The translations under genes and the position numbers were made by a program. From a virus (lineage: Duplodnaviria; Caudoviricetes), in IMG/VR virus record IMGVR_UViG_3300020112_000918, positions 1 to 64,000 of that record: a stretch of DNA of 64,000 nt. One strand, written 5' to 3'. The notes below the pieces were generated by a model. That model was not told the DNA's origin, did no database searches, and saw only the letters and a program-made list of their open reading frames with translations. Numbering within the stretch: position 1 is the stretch's first letter; each line of letters starts with the position of its first letter. Below, one piece after another: positions 50,345 to 58,624 of the stretch.

Positions 50345-50689
50345 TTAGCAAGGAATTGCTCGAGCTATAAGCCCTTGTTCTGCGTATTCCTCTACTTTTT
50401 TCATAGCCTTATTTTTAGACAAACCTACGTGTTTTACGTAGAAAAGATAATCGTCTTCTGATTGAACGGATACTCTGTAAAACTGAGTTATCTTTCCAGG
50501 AGACTTTCCACCGTGTGCTCCCTTAGGAACATAGGTAATGACTTTCTGATAGTCTTCTTCAGAATACAGATTTGTTATTCCAATCTTATCTACAGGGACT
50601 ATCCCGAGACGCTTTATCCTTTTGTCAAGAGCATTTCTAGAAATCCCTGTAGCTGCTTCCATCTCGTGAAGCGTTCTTTTTCCTTCCAT
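50345..50689 (-). CDS. HTH DNA-binding protein
   Basis: TLHEMEAATGISRNALDKRIKRLGI. Confidence 0.6.
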   Translation of the reverse strand: MEGKRTLHEMEAATGISRNALDKRIKRLGIVPVDKIGITNLYSEEDYQKVITYVPKGAHGGKSPGKITQFYRVSVQSEDDYLFYVKHVGLSKNKAMKKVEEYAEQGLIARAIPC

Positions 50690-50708
50690 TAGATTTTCTA
50701 ACCTCAAA

Positions 50709-52664
50709 CTAAAAAAGGTCTTCCGATTCTTTAACTACTTTTTCCGGCTCCTGCTTAGTTCCTTTTACAAGGCTCAAAAACTCTTCTTCTGTGATAACCT
50801 TTGTTCCCTGTTCCTGAGCTTTCTTATTCTTAGAAGATCCTGAGTTTGGATCGTTTGTAACAAGGTAAGTAAGACCCTTAACTACATCGTCCTTAACAGT
50901 TCCCCCGTTATTTTTTACAAGAGCAGCTGCTTCAATTCGCTTCATTGTCTTCAAAGACCCTGTGAAACATACGCTCATTCCCTCGAGGATTCCTTCTGAG
51001 GCATTCTTTACGGAAATGTAGGAAAGTGTTTCTCTCATGTCATCCAAGTTAGTTCTGAGTCCTTCTACAAACTTCTTTGCAAATTCTTCTCCTACACCTG
51101 GACAGATGCAGTCTTTTTCTGTTAAAGTAGAAAGGTCTTTGATAGAAGTCTTCTTGGTTCCGGAAATAATCTTCTTAGCGATACTAGGACCAATAGAAGG
51201 AATATTGAATCCTGCAATGAAGTCCGCCAAGTCCACTTCCTTTACAGAAGACAGATTACGCTTAATTCCTTCTGCAGATTTTGCTCCGAACCCTTCCAGC
51301 TTTTCAATAGCCCCGTAATTTATTTTGTAAAGAGAAGAAATTGTTCCATCGACAATTCCTGCATCAAGCAGCTTGCCCAAAGTTGTAGGAGCAAGTTCTT
51401 TTATTCCGAAGATGTTTACCCACTTATTCATCTTTCCAACTTTGATAGAAGAACAGAAAGGATTTAGACACTGTGTCTTAGTGCGGTCCGCATTTGTGTA
51501 AAGTTTATTTCCACACTCTGGGCATTTTTCAGGAACGAAGATTTCTGTCTCTCCTGACATATGCTGATAGACCTTTTCAATCTTAGGAATAATTTCTCCA
51601 CGCTTTGTAACAGATACTTTACATCCGATCTTGAAACCACCTTTTTCGATTAAGCCGATGTTGCACAATGAAGCCTGTTTAACAGTTGTTCCACAAAGAT
51701 GAAGAGGAGGATCAAGCAATCCGATAGGAGTGAAAGTTCCATTTGTCAGAGACCACTGAATTCCTACAAGCGTAGAAACAAGTTCTTCTCTCGGGAACTT
51801 GTATGCTATCTGAGTTTCCGGCAAAAGATTTCTTAGATCAGCGTTGTCACATGCATTCTTTTTAAGAACAATTCCATCCAAGTCATAAGGAAGTTCTGAA
51901 CGGTGACCGTTTACACGAAGCATGATTTCAGTCAGCTCTTTAGCAGAAGCTTCTGGAGTTGACTTTACTCCGAATCCTGTAGTATCTACTGTTTCAAAGC
52001 CCTGACCTCCAAGCCAAGATATTTTCTGGCTTTCTCTGTCAAAAGTCTTATTGTCATCTTCATACATCACATCGTAGGTAACAATGTGGAGCAGTTCGCA
52101 GCCTTCTCCGTTTTTGCGTTTCATAACTCCGGAAGCAGCGTTACGACAATTAGCCATCTGAGGAAAGAATTTATTCTTTTCTTCATGGAACATAAGAACT
52201 TCGCCCCGTACCGAGCCTGTAAAGTTGTCATTCAGCTTTTTGATACAGCCTTGCATCTTAGCTACATTTTCTGTGATGTCATCGCCTACTACTCCATCTC
52301 CACGAGTTACTCCTGCGGAGAAAACTCCGTGCTTGTAGTAAAGTTCAATAGAACATCCATCCAGCTTAGACTGAACTAAGATCTGTTCAGTAGGCTTAAA
52401 CTGGGTAAGCCATTTTTCGACTTCTTCTGCTGAGTTGGCTTTCTGCTGGCTTCCCATAGGAATTATGTGCTGCATCTTTGGGAATCCATCCAAAGAGTCG
52501 TCACCCACTTTTTCAAAAAGTTCATTATTAGGGTCAAGGCTTTTAAGTTCATCCCAGAGATTATCAAACTCAGCGTCTGAGATAGTTGCCTCGCCTTTGT
52601 AATAGTTGTCCTGATGCTGCTTGATAAGATCTTCAAGTTCCCGTATGCGTTCAGTGTTTTCCAT
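50709..52664 (-). CDS. ligA: NAD-dependent DNA ligase
   Basis: ISDAEFD, SKLDG, TRGDG..GDDIT, RNAASG, DGIVLK, C4 zinc finger, BRCT. Confidence 0.95.
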   Translation of the reverse strand: MENTERIRELEDLIKQHQDNYYKGEATISDAEFDNLWDELKSLDPNNELFEKVGDDSLDGFPKMQHIIPMGSQQKANSAEEVEKWLTQFKPTEQILVQSKLDGCSIELYYKHGVFSAGVTRGDGVVGDDITENVAKMQGCIKKLNDNFTGSVRGEVLMFHEEKNKFFPQMANCRNAASGVMKRKNGEGCELLHIVTYDVMYEDDNKTFDRESQKISWLGGQGFETVDTTGFGVKSTPEASAKELTEIMLRVNGHRSELPYDLDGIVLKKNACDNADLRNLLPETQIAYKFPREELVSTLVGIQWSLTNGTFTPIGLLDPPLHLCGTTVKQASLCNIGLIEKGGFKIGCKVSVTKRGEIIPKIEKVYQHMSGETEIFVPEKCPECGNKLYTNADRTKTQCLNPFCSSIKVGKMNKWVNIFGIKELAPTTLGKLLDAGIVDGTISSLYKINYGAIEKLEGFGAKSAEGIKRNLSSVKEVDLADFIAGFNIPSIGPSIAKKIISGTKKTSIKDLSTLTEKDCICPGVGEEFAKKFVEGLRTNLDDMRETLSYISVKNASEGILEGMSVCFTGSLKTMKRIEAAALVKNNGGTVKDDVVKGLTYLVTNDPNSGSSKNKKAQEQGTKVITEEEFLSLVKGTKQEPEKVVKESEDLF

Positions 52665-52667
52665 CTT

Positions 52668-53108
52668 CTAGTTCTCCAACTTACAAAGTGTTACTTCAAT
52701 AGAAGAAAGTCCAAAGACCTGTTCTATTAAACCATAAACCGTATTCCAGTCTCCTCCCCCGATTCCTGCTCCCATTCCATAAGGAAGTGAAAGGCTCTTA
52801 AGGTGAAGAGATTCCATCTGTTTTCTTAAGTCTTTCAACCCAGAAAGAATACAACGGTAGTTAGTTGCAGCTCCTGCTTCATACTGACCGAAAATATTTG
52901 CCAGAATTCTTCCATCATTGCATTTAAGTAACTGAGTTTTTCCCAAAGGTCTGTTTACTTTACAACACTGAAGATAAGGTGTCCAGCATTCTGGAAAAGT
53001 CTTAAAAATAAGACCCGCAAGACCTCCTGCAATTCCTTTGCAGTTTGTCTGGTGTCCGATAACTTCTGTATTCGATTTGAGCAGATTGCCCGATTTGATT
53101 TGAACCAT
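52668..53108 (-). CDS. macro domain protein (ADP-ribosylhydrolase, Poa1p/TARG-like)
   Basis: GNLL, HQTNCKGIAGGLA, NIFGQ, PYGMGAGIGGGDW. Confidence 0.85.
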   Translation of the reverse strand: MVQIKSGNLLKSNTEVIGHQTNCKGIAGGLAGLIFKTFPECWTPYLQCCKVNRPLGKTQLLKCNDGRILANIFGQYEAGAATNYRCILSGLKDLRKQMESLHLKSLSLPYGMGAGIGGGDWNTVYGLIEQVFGLSSIEVTLCKLEN

Positions 53109-53177
53109 AGTGGTTTATTATCCTCTATAAAATAGGAATTTTTCGGAAGCTGTGAGGAAAGTCCGTTCGCTTGCCTC

Positions 53178-53372
53178 TTACATAGAGATTCCAAACTGTT
53201 TAGACAGTGAAGAATAATTGTTAAGGATTTCTTTGTACTGCTCAGCAGTGCAACCAAGGATCGCTATAACCTTTTTAGCGTCCATAACCATGTTGTATTT
53301 TCCTTCACGCTGAATTTCAACGTATTTAGAAAACAATTCTTTTGTAACTGAGGATTCTTTTAACTGAACCAT
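53178..53372 (-). CDS. small hypothetical protein (DUF5049-like)
   Basis: IQREGKYNM motif; own class-2 promoter. Confidence 0.55.
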   Translation of the reverse strand: MVQLKESSVTKELFSKYVEIQREGKYNMVMDAKKVIAILGCTAEQYKEILNNYSSLSKQFGISM

Positions 53373-53416
53373 AGCTACCTCCTATATATTATAATTCCGA
53401 GGAGGTAGAAAAAGGT

Positions 53417-53698
53417 TTAATTTTTATCGCCAATTCCTGACGCTTGTTTTGAGACAGTAACTGTTTTTGAGATGAAGAATTGGTTAGGATCGTCTTGAAT
53501 AAAGCCTACTTCAGTATCTACTGCGTGCACATAGTAGGTCACCCAAGTAGGCTTTCCTTCGTTTATTTTCGATTTCCAGACAAGAGTTGTAACTGACTCT
53601 CCGACTCTTGGAACTCCGGAAGAGCTAGGAAGAGTGAAGAGCAGATTACCTTTGTCGTCTTTGTAATAGATAGGGAAATTATTATTTTCTGTCGGCAT
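53417..53698 (-). CDS. hypothetical protein
   Basis: ATG 7 nt after CCTATTT; VPRVGE. Confidence 0.5.
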   Translation of the reverse strand: MPTENNNFPIYYKDDKGNLLFTLPSSSGVPRVGESVTTLVWKSKINEGKPTWVTYYVHAVDTEVGFIQDDPNQFFISKTVTVSKQASGIGDKN

Positions 53699-53712
53699 AG
53701 TAACCAAATAGG

Positions 53713-54084
53713 CTAGAAACCGTAGTAAAGTTTATCAAACTCCCGTAAGGTAATTCCGATCAGCTTTGTTCTATTGAAGTGAACATCGTTCCAGTAAGGC
53801 TTGAGAGCCGAAGGGCAGTTGTCTAAAGTAATGAACTTTGCAGCTGTCTTAGGCAGCCCTCTACTCCTTTTATCATTTTCCCACTTTCGTTCACACTCCC
53901 GATATGAAGATGCTACTACAAGGTAACGAATCTCTACAGGCTTTTCGCTTTCAAACTTCTCTACGTAGTGAACGTATTTAGCAACTTCATCACGGGTTTT
54001 CATTAAAAGACAAACAAGAAGGATGTCTATTAAGAGTGAGCTCCCCTGTAAGCTCAGGATGATCACAAGCAAGCTATTTGGCAT
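53713..54084 (-). CDS. membrane-anchored hypothetical protein
   Basis: AGGAG SD before ATG 54084; hydrophobic N-terminus. Confidence 0.5.
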   Translation of the reverse strand: MPNSLLVIILSLQGSSLLIDILLVCLLMKTRDEVAKYVHYVEKFESEKPVEIRYLVVASSYRECERKWENDKRSRGLPKTAAKFITLDNCPSALKPYWNDVHFNRTKLIGITLREFDKLYYGF

Positions 54085-54478
54085 TACGTTTCTCCTGTTC
54101 TTTGAACAACCGAAAATAGAAGTCTGAGATTTCTGATGTATGGACTTCTGGCTCCTGATATTCATCGTTAGCTAGTTCAAAACGGTAACGCTGCTTAATG
54201 TCTGGATACTTTTCTTTGTCCACTTCAGAAAAGAACATTTCTGTAGGACGAGCACAGACACAGCCTTCCGGAATCTCCTGCTTAGTTCCAGGGATTCCTT
54301 TAGAGGAATAAAGAGATTCATAAACAACCAAATGTTCCCCTGTTTCTGAATGCTTAGCGAACGCAATTATTCTATAGAGATAAGCGTTAGGGAACTGCTT
54401 TAAGTCTACTGTCTCACGTTTAAAATGACGAATTACGCTTCCCACTTTGAAGCTAACTTTTCTACTAAAATCTCCCAT
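54074..54478 (-). CDS. DUF1653 domain protein
   Basis: RHFK, AKHSETGEHLVVYESLY, ARPTEMFFSEVDKEKYPDIKQRYRFE. Confidence 0.85.
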   Translation of the reverse strand: MGDFSRKVSFKVGSVIRHFKRETVDLKQFPNAYLYRIIAFAKHSETGEHLVVYESLYSSKGIPGTKQEIPEGCVCARPTEMFFSEVDKEKYPDIKQRYRFELANDEYQEPEVHTSEISDFYFRLFKEQEKRNAK

Positions 54479-54492
54479 GGTATTTACTCTCC

Positions 54493-55023
54493 TTACCGTA
54501 TTGGTGCATATTTCTGTCTTGCGTTAGCACGATCTTCAATATTAAGAGCACGAAGTTCTGAACGAAGATTTACTGCCAAGTTGGTTAAAACGTTGTCAAA
54601 CTTATTAAGTGTTTCTCTCATGCGAATGTAGTGATCGCATTTCATTTCTGCTTGCAGAAGTTTTCTCTGCCAAGCAAAGTAGTCCATCTTGTGAGTAACC
54701 TTAACTTGCTGCTCAATTTCTTTAAGAGCAGGCTTTGTAGATTTTCCAGTATTTTCTGCCATGAGAAGTTCTTTTGCTTCATGGAACCATTGAGCATAAA
54801 GGTCTTCATACTCCAGTTCAAGGGCAGCTTTTTCTACTTTTACTCTCTGGTATTCTTCATTCAGCATACGACAAGTATCGTAGTACATACTTAAAGCGTA
54901 GTTAACTCTGCCAGGAGTTACTTCATTCCCAGTAGCGATTTCTCCGATCTGTTCATACTTCTTAGAAGTAGACTGAACAAAGGCGATATACTCGTCTATG
55001 AGAGCTTCATTTTCTTTTGTCAT
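54493..55023 (-). CDS. UvsY-like recombination mediator (putative)
   Basis: All-helical coiled coil; C-terminal NLAVNLRSEL. Confidence 0.5.
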   Translation of the reverse strand: MTKENEALIDEYIAFVQSTSKKYEQIGEIATGNEVTPGRVNYALSMYYDTCRMLNEEYQRVKVEKAALELEYEDLYAQWFHEAKELLMAENTGKSTKPALKEIEQQVKVTHKMDYFAWQRKLLQAEMKCDHYIRMRETLNKFDNVLTNLAVNLRSELRALNIEDRANARQKYAPIR

Positions 55024-55047
55024 GTCTTATCCTCCAACTTTTATAGA

Positions 55048-55524
55048 CTAGTTGTCTTTCTTCTTTTTGTAGCGTTCCCTGTTTTCAAGAACACGCTTAG
55101 CAAATACTATGTTCTGCTTTTCACAAACTATATGGTTTGTTAAAAGCTCAACTGTATGCTTATAAATTGCAGAAGCAGCTGATCCTTGATTAAAATAGCG
55201 TGACTCTTTTATTTTGTAGAACTTATCATTCTTGTAGTAGTAGAGTCCCCATCCTTCAGGAAGTTCTTCTGGTTTTATAAACTCACCGAAACAAACGTAA
55301 TATCGCTTATCTCCAAACTGTGGCTTTTTACGGGCTTTCTTGTACTTGTCTGCAAGAAAGTCTGAACGGCTCATTTTTATTTCATACAAATCTGTATGAG
55401 CTGAAGAGTCAAATACAAGAACATCTGGCTTTTCAATTCCAAGCATTGTAACCTCAAATAAAGCCATAGTCTTGTCATTAGCGAAACGCTGCGCAGTTAT
55501 TTTACAAAGTTCAAAGTGTGTCAC
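55048..55524 (-). CDS. PD-(D/E)xK nuclease-like protein (MmcB-like)
   Basis: KPDVL...YEIKMSRSDFLAD...GDKRYY...ELPEGWGL. Confidence 0.75.
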   Translation of the reverse strand: MTHFELCKITAQRFANDKTMALFEVTMLGIEKPDVLVFDSSAHTDLYEIKMSRSDFLADKYKKARKKPQFGDKRYYVCFGEFIKPEELPEGWGLYYYKNDKFYKIKESRYFNQGSAASAIYKHTVELLTNHIVCEKQNIVFAKRVLENRERYKKKKDN

Positions 55525-55527
55525 TTA

Positions 55528-57288
55528 TTATAATTCCGTCGCAAAGTAGAAGCCAAACAGCTTCTTTAAAGAATTTATTTCCCCGTAGTCTAAATCAAGT
55601 TTTATGTCCTGCTCTGAAACAGCTACTACTTGAGCTAATACTCCGTTATTTAAGACAACAAAGTCTGACTCGTTTAAGGTAACAGTGTCTGACGTAAGAC
55701 GAATGCATGAGCATCCTTCCAAAAGAGGAAGAGGTGTGAACGGAATGCTCTTAGACACTATGTCAGACTGAGCTGAATAGGAATTAAACGTATCGGCTCG
55801 AAGAATAGGTGAATCTCCTTCTTCATCGCAAGCAAATACTCGGAAGAATGTATTTTCTGTAGGAGGTTCAATAACTTTCTCTGTAAGTAAAAATCCGTTT
55901 TCATTCAGCCCCGTAATTGTTTCAGCTCCTGCAGTTAGCCAAGCGTCGTTAGTCAGATCTGCAAAAGAAGTAACTGTCTTACGTATGAGTTTGTATTTAT
56001 TGGCTGGAAGCACGTTTTTCCACACTACATGAGTTTCCCATCTTTTGATAGACTTGTCCAGATTAAGAACTGCTTGATTAAAGACACCTTGAATCTCGGG
56101 AACAGAGAGCCAAGTATTAACATCATCAGAAAAAGCCTTTACGCTTTTATCTGCATTAGCAAGACCCTTAACAGCATCTTCATAGATCTGAGGAAGTCCC
56201 TCAAGAACTGTATACGGTCCGTCAGGCTTTTTGACAAGCTCCTGCACCCAGTAGACAAGACCTTTACGAGTTCCTGAATCCGGAGTTCCAAGCTGTGAAG
56301 AGCTCTGATCAGACAAAGCATTGTAGTCTGAGATTAAAGTATTACAGTCAGCAACCAAGTCCTGAAGTTTAGAGTTAATAGAAGCTCTGTTTGAAGAAGT
56401 ACCCGAGCTTATTGAATTAAAGTAAGAGCGATAAGATTCTATCTTAGTAGTATCAGCTCCAACTTTTGTTAAGCAGTCGTTTAATCGACTTATGTCTCCA
56501 GGAAGGTCTATCTGGAATTCTTCAAGGATTGCTCCTTTATTGTTGATTGCGTTTACAGTGTCATTTAAACAAGTCTTATAAGCAGAAAAGCCGTTTAGTA
56601 AAGCATTAATCTTTCCTAACAGATCAGACTTAAACGAGTAGTCGTCTGGAGTGTCAATTCCGTTCTGACCTATATACCAGACTCCCTCTCCTTGCATATA
56701 AACTTCACTATTTTCAGTTCGCTTTCCTAAGTAGCCCGAGCCTTTATCCTTATCTGCTTGTGCTTTAGCAAGCTCCTGAGTAAGATAAGGACCTCGCATA
56801 TTTCCGTTAGAGGAAGCAACCGTTCCGATAGCTGCGATAAGGTCTTCACAAAACTGGCGAACACCAGTGCCTGAAGGAGATCCCGTAGACTCTAATGAAA
56901 AAGAATTAAGCCATTTAGAGTTTACGTTGAAGTCTTTCTGAGCTTTTTCAGTAGGCTGTCCTTCTTTCAGTTCAGGAGGATAAAGACCGTCGGCTCCGTC
57001 TCCGGAACCCGTAACGCAGAGAGAAAGATTTTTCTTATACTGAGTAGACCAGTCTCCACTAAAATCAGGAGTAGAAGTTTTTCTTCCTGCAGTTAATCGA
57101 GCCTGTTCTAGATAAAGAGCAACAACTTTCAGAATTCCCTGATCAGTTCCGTTTCCGAACAGAATAGGGTGTAAGTCATCTCGTCTAGTTTCTGTTTCAA
57201 TCTTAAGATTTCTTACAGACCTTAGAGACATGACTGCATTAGACCGAGTAGTTCTTGCTTTTTCGTATTCTTCTGCGTATGAAGTCAT
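55528..57288 (-). CDS. large hypothetical protein, possibly virion-associated
   Basis: 586-aa ORF; helical N-terminus, beta-rich C-terminus. Confidence 0.55.
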   Translation of the reverse strand: MTSYAEEYEKARTTRSNAVMSLRSVRNLKIETETRRDDLHPILFGNGTDQGILKVVALYLEQARLTAGRKTSTPDFSGDWSTQYKKNLSLCVTGSGDGADGLYPPELKEGQPTEKAQKDFNVNSKWLNSFSLESTGSPSGTGVRQFCEDLIAAIGTVASSNGNMRGPYLTQELAKAQADKDKGSGYLGKRTENSEVYMQGEGVWYIGQNGIDTPDDYSFKSDLLGKINALLNGFSAYKTCLNDTVNAINNKGAILEEFQIDLPGDISRLNDCLTKVGADTTKIESYRSYFNSISSGTSSNRASINSKLQDLVADCNTLISDYNALSDQSSSQLGTPDSGTRKGLVYWVQELVKKPDGPYTVLEGLPQIYEDAVKGLANADKSVKAFSDDVNTWLSVPEIQGVFNQAVLNLDKSIKRWETHVVWKNVLPANKYKLIRKTVTSFADLTNDAWLTAGAETITGLNENGFLLTEKVIEPPTENTFFRVFACDEEGDSPILRADTFNSYSAQSDIVSKSIPFTPLPLLEGCSCIRLTSDTVTLNESDFVVLNNGVLAQVVAVSEQDIKLDLDYGEINSLKKLFGFYFATEL

Positions 57289-57750
57289 TTACATCTCCCG
57301 AATTTCAACAATCTTGTTTACATAAGCATCGAAAGGTTTTCTTGAAGAGAAGAAACCACAGTCTCCTGCCATTCTGAAACCACCGAATAGATTCTTCATG
57401 CTTTTCCATTCCTGAGCAATTTCTTCAATTGAGTAAGCTGCTTCCTCTTTTTCGAAGGAGTATTTACCGTTGTTTTTAATCCACTCAGGAAATTCTAACT
57501 TAGATTGTTCCAGAAGGAAATTTAAGTAATCGTTGATTTCTATTTTGAGAGTTATTTCCCATCCTGGCTTTTTAAGGTTAGCTGACAAGTTCTTTACACA
57601 GAATTCTTTTCTTCCGTCTGGAGTTTTAAAGAAAATCTTCTTAGTGCAAAAGCTGCCATGAGGAATTTCAATGTATTTTCCCTGGATAGTATTTCCGTTT
57701 TCAAGAAGAACAGAAAAAGTTCTGTCATTCGCAAATCTTTGAGAGTTCAA
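57289..57750 (-). CDS. hypothetical protein
   Basis: ORF with SD, TTG start. Confidence 0.5.
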   Translation of the reverse strand: MNSQRFANDRTFSVLLENGNTIQGKYIEIPHGSFCTKKIFFKTPDGRKEFCVKNLSANLKKPGWEITLKIEINDYLNFLLEQSKLEFPEWIKNNGKYSFEKEEAAYSIEEIAQEWKSMKNLFGGFRMAGDCGFFSSRKPFDAYVNKIVEIREM

Positions 57751-57763
57751 TTTTAAGCCCCTT

Positions 57764-58075
57764 TTAGTAAGGCTTCACAAGAGACTGCAATTCATTAAGC
57801 AGAGCTTCTGTGAAGTTACTCCAAACATAATTTATGTGGTCAGTTCCGTTTTTAATAGACTGCACCATTCCCATATAGGTTTTACCTCGTTCTGATCGAG
57901 GTTCTGTTTCTTCGTCTTTCATCTGACATTTACGAAAAGCTCTAGCTAATTCTTCGTCAGAAACGTTCTTTAGTGATATAGTTTTTCCGTTAAACTTAAA
58001 CACGTAGCAGTCCATGTCTACGTTGTAATAGCACTTAACAGGAACTAAAGAACGAGATTCATTAAATCTTATCAT
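57764..58075 (-). CDS. hypothetical protein (MIRFNE start)
   Basis: AGGGAG SD before ATG 58075; CCTATTT upstream. Confidence 0.55.
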   Translation of the reverse strand: MIRFNESRSLVPVKCYYNVDMDCYVFKFNGKTISLKNVSDEELARAFRKCQMKDEETEPRSERGKTYMGMVQSIKNGTDHINYVWSNFTEALLNELQSLVKPY

Positions 58076-58126
58076 AAAAATTCTCCCTAAGAAAGTTGTA
58101 TAACTCAAATAGGGAGAATTTCGGCT

Positions 58127-58402
58127 TTAGTCTTCTACTTTAGCCAAAATATCGTTCATGTCTACCAAACGGCATTCTGTGTCGTTGGCTTTTATGATAG
58201 TTCCCGCATACTGAGAGAAGATTACTTTATCTCCCTTAGCTACAGTAACCTTTGTTTCTTCTGTTCCTTCCCCTACTTCAAGAACAACAGCCATCTGTGT
58301 TTTTTCTTTAGGATTAGCTGGAAGAAGAATTCCAGACTTTGTTGTCTCTTCGGGTTTAATTTCCTCGATGAGAACACGAGCACCAATAGGTTTTACTTTC
58401 AT
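58127..58402 (-). CDS. groES: co-chaperonin GroES
   Basis: MKVKPIGARVLI..EETTKSGILLP...VLEVGEG...GDKVIFSQYAGT...DILA. Confidence 0.95.
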   Translation of the reverse strand: MKVKPIGARVLIEEIKPEETTKSGILLPANPKEKTQMAVVLEVGEGTEETKVTVAKGDKVIFSQYAGTIIKANDTECRLVDMNDILAKVED

Positions 58403-58624
58403 GATGAGTACCTCATTTGTATAAAAATTAAAGATTAAAAAAAAATCTTTCCACCTTTTATAATTCCGGATTGTCTTCAGGAGGGGAGTCTTTTTCAAAT
58501 AAATTCAACCAAACAGCTCCTACTGCTCCGAAAATAAGAATAATGCTAAAAATGCCAAGACCTAAATACTGTAGAATTTTTACTATCATAAAAACAAAAA
58601 TCCCCCACTACATAAAATAGTGAA

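Noticed and set aside
50100-53165. RNase P RNA-like signatures ACAGAAGCTCAGGCTTA (about 50100) and GAGGAAAGTCCG (about 53154)
   Set aside because: They are in the wrong order, 3 kb apart, antisense to the local genes, and the two P4 strands are not complementary; probably chance
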